A DNA stretch of 64,000 nt, taken from assembly GCA_964016885.1 (NCBI GenBank), contig OZ024743.1, positions 244,342,001-244,406,000 of the forward strand, written 5' to 3'. The first letter of the stretch is position 1. Each line of letters starts with the position of its first letter. The notes beneath the pieces are model-generated. The model saw only the letters and a program-made list of their open reading frames with translations, had not been told where the DNA came from and searched no databases. Both the position numbers and the translations under genes were made by a program. Positions 13,786-26,195 of the stretch are shown here, in pieces. The DNA is from Eledone cirrhosa (lineage: Eukaryota).

Positions 13786-14974
13786 GTTTTTTTTTCTCCG
13801 TAAATCTTTTAAAATGTAAAAAAACTTCAAATATTTGGGCCAAAAGGGCCAAAAGGCCCAAATATTATACTTTCCCCTTCACAGGGCAAAGTCTAAGGGC
13901 TTATATCCCTTACACAACAAGAAATATTTAACAACAAATAATTTTAAGAGGCAAATAAAGCGACTTACTGGGAGCGAGCAAAAGGCGTCCGAACAGACCG
14001 ATAATAATAATAATAAAAAGGACGAGGTGTTAGATCTTCATTACATTTATTGAGGTGTGATGCGCATTTCGCGATTGATAAACTCAAGGCTCGATCTGTA
14101 TCGATCGGCCCGACTCTGGAATCTAACGAAATGCAGGATTTAGGGCCGACGGAATAGCATTATAGGCCCTAGGACAACTAATGGACTGGGGCCTCTATAT
14201 ATTAAAAATTAACAGCAAACCACTGCATATATAGATTAGCAGTGAGCCCCTAAACCCGACGGCCTCCCAGGAAAGCAGCCACTGTACTCATACCTGATGA
14301 CGGCACTGCTCTGAACTTGACTATTGCATTGGCATCACAGTAATTAAGAAGGATAAGCTACAAATCGTTAAGTCCAAAATGATAGGAAGAAAACAAGTAA
14401 ACATTTTAATAAACAAGATTGGATTGCTTCAATTTTTTCTTGTCAATTCAGACAGATTCTAACTATAATCGAAAAATATGTACAAATTTAGTATCAGTAA
14501 ATTTACCACTGCCCTCGTCGGTGAAGGGGGGGGGGGGATTTGGCCAATTTAGTTGTAGTGATTAGTTTAGCTCATTGCACTCTAAAATGATCTGAAAACT
14601 TCGATATGCGATAAACATAACATGTTCATAATTGTAGCGATATCCAAATAGATGTGTGTTTTGGTAGTTTGGGGAAAAAACTAGTAAAAGACGCATTACC
14701 ACACGGAACTCTCCAAATCTCTCAATATCAATTACCACCAAACTCTCCCGCTCTTTATATCTATTACAGGTAATTCGAAGTCAGACGTGTTTTTCTTCTA
14801 CTGCGAATTTTGGATTAATTTACTTGTTATGTTTTTGCTGTTACCTTTTTACTTGTTATTCTGTAAGTTGAACTTTATTTCTTATTGAATATTGTAGCCA
14901 CTCGCCTATACTGGTGAGCGAGTGGCAATATTTTGTATATTCTTGCCCCTTTTGGGGGTTTAAGAAAAAAAATT

Positions 14975-16615
14975 ATGTCGGAAAAAATGTCAACAACACC
15001 CATTAAGTCCACGGACAACATGCTAACGGAAAGGGATAAAACTAATAACAATTGCCTGGAAAAAATAATAATGACAACAACAAAAACAACAGATGCCATA
15101 ACCAGAACAAATGGAAAAACTGCCACGCCCACAACAGAAAAGGAAAAAGAATCACAAGAAACTAAACCTACTCCTCCCCTCTCAAATGCAAACACCAACT
15201 TGAACACAACGCCAAACAGTGGAGATGTAAATAATAATAATACAAATAACAACGACAGTACTAACAAACAAAACACAACAAACGACAACAGCAAAACAGA
15301 AGAAAGCAACCAACAAAAGAAAATTTCCTTCGCCCAGACGGCAAGGAAATCGATAGAATACGTACAGCAGGACATTAGTAACGCAAAGAAGTTACTGGCA
15401 GAAGCTAAGCAGTACATAGTTCAGGGGGGAAACGGGGCTTTTACAATACCCCCCCCCCCCCCAGGAATGGCTGAAACAAAAAGAACTGAATACAGTGGCA
15501 TTCAGAACGATATCTAATAACACCCAGAAACCAACACAACCAACACAAAAAGACATTGAGTTGGTCCTAAGAGAGAAAATGAGAAATGTGGTCTTTATCG
15601 AAAAAGACAAATTGTACGGAAGTTTGTCCGTACTAATGAAAACAAAGGCAGCGGCCGAGGAACTGTCAGTGACGCCATTGGTGTCAGCAGCGTACACCTT
15701 CTACCCAACATACATGGGTAGAAGGACGTAAAAAATAAAAATCCATAGCTTGATACCCATCATGGACTACTGGTGGGTCCTAACCGGCTTACTGGATCTA
15801 AACGACGACATTCTAATTGCCATAGGAAAGGCTTCGGGTGACGCGTACAATGGAACGGGCCTCGAACTCATAGTGCAAATGAGGCTCGAAAGAATTGCTC
15901 AAATCCCTGAACGCGTCACCCTAGGGGATAAAACCCTCATAAACATTATCGTTGAGGGGAGGCGATCCTCCTGTTTTCTCTGTGGCGTTAGAGGGCATGT
16001 GAGGGCTGTCTGTCCCCAGCTCCAAAAAAGAACAACGCCATTATTACCCACACCAACAACAATTACACAAAATACACCACCACCTCCACCACAAAAACAA
16101 CAAACCACACCACCAACAGTACCACAACGTCAACAAAAACAAACCACCAAGATACGGAACACTGTACCACCCACACAGAAAACAAACACACCAAACACAA
16201 ACACCACCATCACCACAAAAACAACAAACTACACCACCACCACAACAACAAAAACAAGAAAACACAAAAAACACAGTCCCACCCACAAACTCAAATACAC
16301 GCACCGACACAACACCGCCGCAAAATATCCCCCTACCTGCCAATTAGGAGGAGGACCTCCAAACGTCCCAGGACGAAGGAGGTTCTTTCCAATTGATAAA
16401 AAGAAAAAAACGCAAACACATTACAGACACACAAAACTTACGTAGGACCACCCTGTGTGAAACCGGTCAATCGCGTCCTCCTAAACGATTTCCCCACTCC
16501 AAACACCCCAACTCCACCACACACTAATACCCCCACACCACCACAAAACACCACCCCACCCAACAACACCACCCCCATGGAAGTTGTGCAGCCCGGTCAA
16601 TGCGGCGCAGTGAGG
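14975..16615 (+). pseudogene. LINE ORF1 (gag-like)
   Basis: Homologous to the minus-strand ORF1: IEKDKLYGSLSVLMKT...YPTYMGRRT; knuckle CFLCGVRGHVRAVC; Thr/Pro-rich tail; stops and frameshifts. Confidence 0.82.
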
Positions 16616-16648
16616 TAGGCGACCCCTTTTCTTTACTCTAGCTCAAAC

Positions 16649-19600
16649 ATGATTCGATTGAGAGTTGGCTGTCTGAATGTGCGTGGCCTGGGCTCGGCTT
16701 GGAAGCAAGCTAAGCTTCAAAACGACCTCAGGTCACGCGGTGTAAATGTAATGGCGATTTGCGAGTCCCGGGTCAGCAGCGTACGACAGCTGGCCCCTAC
16801 CTTCGATGACTTTGAGATGCACGCATCTCTCTGTCAGCCCAGAGGTGGGGTTGTCGTACTGCTGCAGAAACATCTGGGTCTCGCCGCACAGATTGTTCAC
16901 TCGGACCCGGGAGGTCGATTGCTGGTGCTGGACGTTGACAGTAGTAAAGGCGAGGCCTTTAGGCTGGTGGCCGAGCGTCCCGACTTCTTCCGGCGCCTGG
17001 AGACTTTTAGTGGGGGACTGGAATGGTATCCTAGATGCACGTTGCGACTATGCAGGGGCATGTCCCGATAGAGGGGGCTGTCAAAGCCTCAAGGAGTTAC
17101 TCGGCCGATAGATTTCGACTAGATTGTCCGAATGCCCCAACCTGGACTTGGACCAACCGCACCGGACAATCTAGATCGTACCTAGATAGGATGCTAGTTA
17201 GAGTTAAGGATAGGGACCTAATACGTTGTCCAGATATGCTCATGGTTGACTATTCAGATCACAAACTAGTGACCTGTATAGTCAACCTTGATAGAACCCA
17301 TAGACAGGGACCCGGTTACTGGAAGCTCAACTTGTCCTTACTGCCAAAGGGAGCTTACAGGAACCGGATTAGTACTTTAGTTAAGGAACGGTTGAGGGTG
17401 CAGTCGTCAATAGCAGGTGGCGGGTATCTCTCAAGAGAGTGATTAGATTAGTGTCGATAGGTTATAGTAAGGAACTAGCCTCGGATAGGAATAGAAAGGA
17501 AAGGGAGTTGATAGCTAATGTAGAAGAGGCATTAAGGAGCGGAGACGTGGCCAAAGTGCTAGCGTCGAGAACGGCCTTGAGCCAGTTTTTCGACGCGAAG
17601 CACGAAGGCTGAGTCGTCCGAAGCAATATACGTGCGCTAGGAAACGAGGGGACCAAAGCTGTTAGCTGGGCCCGCGTGACAGAAGCCAAGAGTGGAATTA
17701 AATCCACCATCCGGTCTTTGCGAGACCAGGATGGACGGACGATCCTTGAACCTGAGCAGATATGTGAGGCCTGTCAGGGGTACTTCGCCCAATTGTTCGG
17801 GAGGGACGGGAGGCCGGACGGGGATGTGGATTTCGGTCCATACCTCGACGGTCTGCCGCGTCTTTCGGGCGAGGGGGCGAGGTCCTGTAAGGGGCCGATC
17901 TCGGCTGCTGAAATAGGGAGTGTGCTAAGCCTATGCGGCAAGCGCAAATTTCCAGGCCTCGGTGGTCTGCCCTACGAATCTATATTAGCATGCCGGGCTT
18001 GTTCTCCGGTCTCCTCGAGGCGGTCTACTGCAACTGGCAACAGAACGGGAGAATTCCCAGTTCTGTGACCAAGGGCGTAGTCACGCTGGTGAGGAAGGAC
18101 GAGAACAAGGGGGATGACATAGATAACTTCAGGCCCATAACTCTGCTAAACACAGAGTTAAAGATTTTGGCCAAGGTGTTAGCGAAGAGGTTGGCGCTTG
18201 TCGTCGGGAACCTGGTGGGAGAAGCTAGCAAAGAGGTTGGTGCTTGTCGTGAGCGGACTGGTAGGAGATGCGCAGACATGCGCTATCCCGTCCAGGTCCA
18301 TTCACGACAACCTCCACCTCATGTGATACATCATAGAGAGGGTTGGGAACGAACCCGGCTTTGGTGGGGCCCTGATCAACTTGGATCAGTCTAAGGCATT
18401 CGATAGGGTCGACCATGGTTACATGGATGCGGTGCTAGCGGCGGCTGGTTTCGGGCCCGTTTTCAGGGGCTGGATGGCTGCAATGCACAGCAGCAACACC
18501 TGCTCGAGGGTCAAGGGGAACGGCTACCTCTCGGAGCCGTTCCAAATCACGCGATCCATTCGACAGGGATGCCCTCTCTCCTCTCTCCTGTATGTGCTGG
18601 CTCTCGAGCCACTACTGCGGAAGCTGGAGCTGTTGCAGGGTATCCCCTTGGAACCGGGATTGCGGAAAGCGGTGTCGGCCTACGCCGATGACGTGACAAT
18701 AATGGTGTCGTGCACCTCGGCACCTTACTGGAGGAATATGAAAGGTTCACAGGAGCCAAGCTGAACCGGGACAAGTCCGTCGGTTTGCAACTCGGGACGT
18801 GGAGGGGCAAAACGATGCCCTCCGACGGCATCGTCGGACGCTGGACGGAGGGACCGGTGAAGCTGCTCGGGGTCTGGTTCGGACCGGACCTCCAGGTGGA
18901 GAAAAACTGGGACGAGGTAACGGGCAAGGTGTTTGCACTCGCCCAGAAGTGGGCCTAGTGCAAACTATCCCTGAAAGGTCGAGCGGAGGTGGCGAACGCT
19001 TATATAGCGTCCGTCATCTACTACCGCTTGACCGTCGTACCTTGCCCAGAGAAAACACTCGCTAAAATGGAGCGCGCGCTCTTCCGATTTCTTTGGAAGA
19101 AGCGGGCTCCTTTGGTGAGAAGATCCATCTGCTGTCAACACCCTTCGAACGGAGGGCTGGGGTTGCCGTGGCTGACGATGCGTAGACACGCATTAAGGCT
19201 ATGGCACCTCCAGGTATTCCTCACCGGTCAGCCGGTGTGGGCCCTGTTTGTGAGGCGAGCCTTTCCGAGACTCGTCTCACTCACCGAGCTGCAATCCTGG
19301 GTCAAGCAAAGACCTAGAAAAGTGGGCGACGGGCACATTGAATGTGCCCAAGCGCTCACGGCCCTCTGGCAAGCGGATCCGGCAATCAGTGGAGACTCAA
19401 CCTCAACATTCTATAGAGGGTTGGTGCGCAGTAAGTGCGACGACGCTCTCGGAGAGGCTCTGGGCATGGAGGAAGACGAGCTGGCCAGTCTGTTCGGTAG
19501 GACGTTTGGCCCGGGACCGATGGACAACTTCCAAAAGTCCCTGGCTTGGCAATGTTACCGAGGAGCTCTACCCGTTCGGGACAAGCTCTACAGACACGGG

Positions 19601-20047
19601 CGCCCGGGTAGGGACCCCTCGAAGAATATCTGTCCAAGATGCGTGCGTGATGAGGAAACCGTCGCACACGCATTCGTACACAGCCCGTGCGTTGCTGACC
19701 TGTGGGGCTATGTAGAACGACTACTGTCGCGGGTGGGACCAATCCGGTTGACCACCGAGAACATTGTCACGATCAAACCACCTCCCCCTTTCAAAAACGA
19801 AGGAGAGGCGGTTTTCCTCTGTGTGATAGCCATGGCGAAAGAAGTTGTATGGTGGACAAGGTTGAAAGGGCTGAGGTCAGACACCTTTCTCTCCGGCCAA
19901 CAACTGGTCTTTTTTTTCAAGTACCACTTTAGAAGAAGGATCAGAATGGAGAGAGAGGTGCTCTACCCCAGCAAGTTTTATGAAAGATGGGTGAAAGTAG
20001 CGAGAATGGCCCGAGTGAATGAGCCTTCTCTCTATATCAGCCTGTAG
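16649..20047 (+). pseudogene. LINE ORF2 (APE endonuclease + reverse transcriptase + C-terminal zinc-binding region)
   Basis: GCLNVRGL, GDWN, SYLDR, SDHK, GPGYWKLN, NFRPITLLNTELKILAK, DQSKAFDRVDH, RQGCPLS, AYADD, CPRC..DEETVAHAF; multiple frameshifts and stops. Confidence 0.95.
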
Positions 20048-21599
20048 GTGAGAGAGGAGAAGAATGAGAAGAGGAAGGAAGCACCCGCTCTTTGTGCTCC
20101 TGAAGAGGAGGGTTGCACATTTTTTCGGGGGTGTGTGCGACCCATGTCAACGCCCCTCCCTATTGAGGACATCGATTGTTAAATTTAATTTGTTATATGT
20201 TTTTTACACGTCTTTTTAAATGTATGTAAACTCCCCCCTTTGTATTTGTCCCAATCTTTGATGCCCTGGTGGCAAATAAATAGAAATATATATCAATAAA
20301 CATCAAACTCTCCCCCTCTCTATATCTACTACACGGAACTCTCTTCCAGTCTTCCTCTATATATCAATAAACACCAAACTCTCCCCTTCTCTACATCAAA
20401 CATAATTTTCTTTATATATATTAATAAAACATTATACAAAACAAAAAAAGTACACTACTAGAAATCCCATACGTTATAAAATAGGATGGGTCGGGGTCTC
20501 AATATCTAAACTAAACGACTACTTGTGATTTTTAGAAATCTACGGAGACATCCTAAAAAAATTATTTCAACCTCCCTATTATTTGAGACCTGAGAGTAAG
20601 CAAATTACAGTAATCAAATTGAATAGCAATAGTAAATGGGTTGATTTACTTCCCTTTTATCGGATTCTAACTTATAGTTTTGGCATTCTATTTCTCTATT
20701 TTGAACGCATTAAACTCGTCATACACAAACTGAGGTTAATTTTTGTTAAATTACTCAGGAATAAAACCATTCGATCTGACAAGATTATTAGGTAAAGGGC
20801 CTTAACCCCTGGTGGAGTCGTAGTAATACCGTCCCTAACACACGGCGTGCCTTGGGCATTTTGAATTTAACGGAGTTCGATCCTCTCCAGTTCGGAACAT
20901 AAGCGATTTCTTTCAGAGAAACAAAAGATAGAGGGGGGAAAGGAAAGAGGGGGAGCGAGAGAGAAAGAGAATCGACTCCAGCGTTGAATTGATACTTTAT
21001 TTATTGGCCTCGAAAGGATAAAAGTTGACCGCAAGCGAGATTTGAATTCAATGTGCAGTGAGCTGGAATATTGTTTTTATTTGATGCTCTAACGACTCTG
21101 ACAACTCGCCGCATTCGTAATCAGATTATTACTAATACATTATAGACACCGTAATTCTAGCTATCCCCATTAAATCAAATTTAGATACTTAAACAGATAA
21201 GAAACATTTAATTGTGAAGAGTTTCTACTATAACATTATCGTGTGAATTAAAAATATAAACCAAATAATGGATTCAAATTGATGTTGTTACACTTTCCGT
21301 GTCTGGATCTAGCAGGGTTGTTTAAGGTTGATGTAACAGACCCGTTGATCATACCTTTTGAACTTTGACTAGAGATAGGTGCTTCATATGAAACCCCACA
21401 GTCAGTAACTCTTTCGTTCTTTCTCACGTGTTAGATATAGTGGTGAAAGTGGGGGAATCATTGCATTAATAACTGAACGGAATACAGACCGTATTTTATC
21501 GGTAAACTACAATTTTTAACCTGTCACATTCAAGACGATCTAGGGAGCTGGGTTGGTGACAGCAAGGTTTTTGTCATTGTTGGTGGTTCACCTGACTGG

Positions 21600-21830
21600 A
21601 ATTTTAGGTGATACTCGTGAGGATGGGGTTAGAATGTTTCAGGAGAGAATCGCTGGATAGATTTTATGGACAAAACCAATCGACAGGAGACCGAAGGGTA
21701 GACCCCAAGCAAGATCTTTGGATAATATCCATGAGCTTGGCTGGTCGCGCTTGGGGATCCAGCCCGATCAATTGAAGACGGTTGCTTCTGACAGGAGCCA
21801 CTGGAAGGAGTGTTTGAGGATTAAGTGGGC
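21600..21830 (+). mobile_element. RTE-clade LINE 3' coding fragment
   Basis: ERIAG*ILWTKPIDRRPKGRPQARSLDNIHELGWSRLGIQPDQLKTVASDRSHW matches the RTE C-terminal R-GRP--W-D...A-DR--W pattern. Confidence 0.75.
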
Positions 21831-22441
21831 GAAGAAGCACTTTAGCCTCGGTAATACCGTATCTTGGTTTGCAATATCGGCCCTTATAGTATTGTATAAC
21901 TTGGTGTGCACATCTTCTCTTTTCTTTTTCTCTAACTAATTTTTATTTATTTGTTGCGTAAATTATATCTATTATGTAAATTTTGTTTATATACAGATGC
22001 ATTTTATTTATTTTTTACAAACTTTCCTCCTTTTTAAAGCAACTTACACTACATTAGAGTTAGATATTAGGACAGAATATGTAACTTATTCTGTTGTCTC
22101 CTATCCCTATCTCTCACCTCTCCCTTCTACTTTCTCGATCTCACACCACCTACTAATTTGTTTTGCGCACTTAGTTTCATTGTTTTTCGTTTTCGGTTAG
22201 AAGCACTCCGGCATGTACACACACATTCCTTTTATTTATATATTTAGTCAAAAACATACTCTGTCCTATGTTACCGAATGTTGCCCTCTTGTTTTGTTGT
22301 GTTGCAATCCCGGGTGCGCTACAGGGATTCCAGCTTTAAGCACAGAAATCATAGTGGTCTCTTGTAGTTAACTGACGAAAAGAGATATGCCTGTGTCTTT
22401 TCAGTTCTCCACCCTTGTAGCGTGGGCTCATATTTTGAATT

Positions 22442-22475
<34 letters not shown>

Positions 22476-22495
22476 GTATGTATGTATGTATGTAA

Positions 22496-22539
<44 letters not shown>

Positions 22540-22671
22540 GTGTATTGTTGATGGACGTGAGAATGAGTACTCAATACCGAAGTAGAGGTTAAGTATTAAT
22601 TTTTATTGGTAAATGGGGAGACTTGTTATTCTGGAGTTTCACCTACGCACTCACAGGATCATCAAACAAGG

Positions 22672-22715
<44 letters not shown>

Positions 22716-23919
22716 GTTGGATGTGTCTCTTGATGTGCGCAGTGTTTTGTCAATACCCATATATGGGGGGGGGGGGTTACATCGTTTGGTAAGGGATCCA
22801 GTCAGATGAGATTTTGGTTTGGTTTGATTAACAAGTCTGATGAGCAGATCGAGCTAGAGTCAAGTCTATAGCATGTACATGGATCCTGAGCTACTCATCT
22901 ATGAAACGGTCGTAACTGTGTAGAATCAATAAAGACCTTAATGTGAAACCACGTTTTGTTCTTAATATGTACTAGACCACTCGTGACCCGTTGGGTCACG
23001 TTCATTTCAAAATAGTTTTTTTTAAAATCATGTTCAATCAAAAGTAATTTTTAAATAATTAAAATATACACAGACATGTATATAATGTGATATGAAACTG
23101 GAAGGCCCATATATATACATGTGTGTATGTATATATATATAAATGTGTGTGCATATATATATATATGTATGTGTGTGTGTATATATATGTATATATATAT
23201 AAGGGTGTCTGTGATCTATATAGACTGGTCATAGTCACACACACTCATTCACATGTATGTATACACAACAACACCATCAGCTCTCTCTCTCTTCCATTCT
23301 CCTTCTCTCTATCCTCTCCCTCTCTCTACGTCTCTCTTTCAATCTGCTCTCTCACAACCACTCTCTCTTTCTCTCTCAGTCTCTCTCACTCTCTCTGTTT
23401 ATGAAGGTACCCGGAAAAACCCAATATCGCTGGAACGCGTGCTCCGATTGACGCGAAATTTGTTTTATTCCATTTGTATTCCCATTTCAGAGTCAACTTC
23501 TTTTCAAATTATTGTCTCAGTATACGCCCTTTTGACTGTATTACATTACAGACAAGCAAGCAAAAACAGAGTTTTAGTAGTATATATAGATATATATACG
23601 CGTGCGTGTGTGTGTATGCGTGTGCGTGTGTACAGGATCTAATCGAAGCTGCATGTTTATATATACTGTATATGTAAACATGTAAACATTTTTTATGTGC
23701 GTATTTCTCCACAGATTAAAAAAGATGAACAGCTTGATTCGAGTTTCAATCATCGCTTGAATGATCATGTGCATCTCCACTATCCACAGAGAAATACGTA
23801 TCTAAAGATCTTTATAAACTCAACATAAGCGGAAGGTAACAGCGAACTGGATGTGCCAATTTACATAGTATTAGTGCTTACGGCCTTTACTTTCTATTTA
23901 TCTTCTATTCATAAATCTA

Positions 23920-24050
23920 TCTTCAGATGAAAGACTAGTGTCCGAAACGTTAAGACCTTCTTCCTGCTATTTCAAGCGGTAAACTAATATATTTCTTCCA
24001 TGTTCTGTGCCGTTTGTTTTGTTAATTTTGTTATTTCTATTTACCTTTTA
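23920..24050 (+). mobile_element. Solo Penelope pLTR fragment with mutated hammerhead
   Basis: Homologous to the 3' end of the element at 45430-45553; TCTT-CAGATGA-AAGACTAGTGTCC-GAAACGTT-AAGA. Another decayed copy lies at ~44285-44395 (-). Confidence 0.75.
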
Positions 24051-24324
24051 CACACACACGCGAGCGCACACACACACACACACCCACCCCATATGTATGT
24101 ATATATGTATGTATATATATATATATATGTATGTATATATATATGTGTATGTATGTATATATGTGTATGTATGTATATATATGTGTGTATGTATGAATAC
24201 ATATGTGTGTATGTATATATATATATGTGTGTGTGTATGATGTATATATGTGTGTGTGTGTATGATGTATATATGTGTGTGTGTGTATGATGTATATATA
24301 TATGTGTGTGTGTGTATGTATGTG

Positions 24325-24360
<36 letters not shown>

Positions 24361-25394
24361 TATATATATCAGAAGAGGAAGATCAGTGTGAGACTTGTGA
24401 GGTGATAAAGTACATTATCTTCTGATTGGAAACCTCGTCAGAGTGCCTGTAACAGAATATGTGACAAGTCTTCTTTTAGATACCAAATATATTCAATAGT
24501 GTTGGTGCATTCCATTGCAAAAATCCTCAAAAGATCAGATGATAGTTTTAAATGATTTGGCGGCTTAAGTCTTCCACCCAAGAACAGGAACGGTCTATAT
24601 GTCGGATTTAAATTGACCTGAGGTAATGAATCTTATGCAAAGTGCCGCGCAACTGTGTGGAGCCTAAATATATGTAGATGGGAGGTGACTTTCTTAACCG
24701 TACAGCCATTCTTGCACACCTCAGTAATTACTTGAACAGAGGTTTATGGTGGATTGGCAGTATAGGTAGAGCGTCAGCCAACATGTTTTTCGTTATATAG
24801 TTGCATCCCTTTACGTTCTGAATTCAAATCTCGCCGATGTAAACTTTGCCTTTCATTCTTACAAGGTCAATAAAATAAAGTACCAGTAACGCACTGGTTT
24901 CCATTTAATCGACTTTCCCAAAATTGCTTGCCTTGTGCCTATAAGTAGAAATTATTATTAGTAGTAGTTTGAAATTTAGGGAGGGGAAAATTCAATTATA
25001 TTGACCTCAGTATTTAACTGGAACTTTATTTTATCGACCCCGGAAGGATGAAAGGCAAAGTTGACCTCGCCGGGATTATTGGAATTCGCAGAAATGTCAG
25101 ATCGTCGGAAAAATGCTGTTTGTTCCCACCCTTTATGTTCAAATAGCGATATTAACTTTGAGTTTTATCCGTTCGAGGTCGATAAAAAGGAAGTACCGGT
25201 CAAGTACCTGCCACCTCTCACATTACTGACCATGTTATTATAGTTGTTGTCGTCGTTGTTGTTGTTGTTGTTTTTGTTGTTGTTGTTGTTGTTGTTGTTC
25301 TTCTTCTTCTTCTTCTTCTTCTTCTTCTTCTTCTTCTTCTTCTCCTCCTTCTCCTTCTTCTCCTCCTTTTCCACCTTCTTTTTCTTCTCTCAGG

Positions 25395-25588
25395 CCTGGT
25401 GGATTGGCAGTATCGGTAGAGGGTCGGATGCCATGCTTTGACGCATAGAGTTACGGCCCTTTCCATTCTGAGTTCAAATCCCGTCGAGGTTAACTTTGCC
25501 TTTCATCCTTACGGGGTCGATAAAATAAAGTACCAGTAATGCACTGGTTAAATTGCTGGCCTTGTGCCAAAAGTAGAAACAATTATTG
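25395..25588 (+). mobile_element. tRNA-derived SINE family A, representative copy (others ~5310-5415, 20970-21115, 24745-25215, 28960-29600, 30500-30880, 34590-35000, 38405-38600, 39330-39480, 42690-43040, 49765-49840, 54010-54118)
   Basis: A box TGGCAGTATCGG, B box GTTCAAATCC, core AACTTTGCCTTTCATCCTTACGGGGTCGATAAAATAAAGTACCAG, tail TGGCCTTGTGCCAAAAGTAGAAACAATTATT. Confidence 0.9.
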
Positions 25589-25855
25589 AACACTAAAATG
25601 TTATTTCACTTCAATTTATTTTACAATTACTCATTTTCAATAATTAAAAGAGGTAAAGAAAGGGAAAGGCAAGGGCTTTAGGGTCACAAAATAATGGGAG
25701 TGGGAAGAGGGGATGATGATGGGTTCTAGGCCTAGGGTGCGGCGGTATTGGGGCTGCGCTCCACGGACGAGACCGCAACAGCATTCCCGCGGACATTGGC
25801 CAGTCACACCCGCTGCAACAGCCACGCCATCTCGCGGGGGTCCTTCCTCGAACCG
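25589..25855 (-). mobile_element. 3' fragment of a CRE-clade (restriction-like endonuclease) non-LTR retrotransposon
   Basis: Minus strand reads KDPREMAWLLQRV*LANVRGNAVAV, matching the CRE C-terminal DPRE--F/WL-QRLS-A-QRGNA motif, followed by a UTR with AATAAA. Confidence 0.7.
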
Positions 25856-26099
25856 TATGAGTGTGTGTATATAACTGTTTGTATGTGTGAGTATGATTAT
25901 GTGCATATATATGTCCAAATGTGTGTGTGTGTGTGCGTGTATGTGTGTGTGTATGCGAGTATGCGTGTGTGTTTGTGAGTATGCGTGTATGTTTGTGAGT
26001 ATGCGTGTGTGTTTGTGAGTGTGTATATTTTATAGCTTACGTGTCTAAATTCAGAAATTTGTTTCGTGTGTTTGTAGTATTGTATGTGTATGCAGTGTA

Positions 26100-26195
<96 letters not shown>

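Larger units (their letters stand above)
9669..14000 (-). mobile_element. Tx1/L1-group non-LTR retrotransposon, decayed, with an internal deletion
   Basis: 5' UTR, ORF1 with CCHC knuckle, ORF2 with APE start, RT and C-terminal Cys/His region, 3' UTR with AATAAA and (ATT)n tail; (TAA)n at both ends. Confidence 0.92.
14767..20286 (+). mobile_element. Near full-length decayed Tx1/L1-group non-LTR retrotransposon
   Basis: ORF1 + ORF2 + 3' UTR ending TGCCCTGGTGGCAAATAAATAGAAA; inserted in a ~66-bp tandem-repeat region (14701-14766 and 20287-20395). Confidence 0.93.

Noticed and set aside
14288-14325. CTGATGA hammerhead candidates here and at 735, 6813, 22372, 24436 and 63148
   Set aside because: No correctly placed GAAA...TH and no closing stem I.
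25395-25485. tRNA gene (A and B boxes)
   Set aside because: No full cloverleaf; it continues into the SINE body and recurs in many diverged copies.
25800-25810. In-frame TGA in the CRE fragment as selenocysteine
   Set aside because: It falls at a Ser/Gly position in a dead fragment and no SECIS was recognised; most likely a nonsense mutation.
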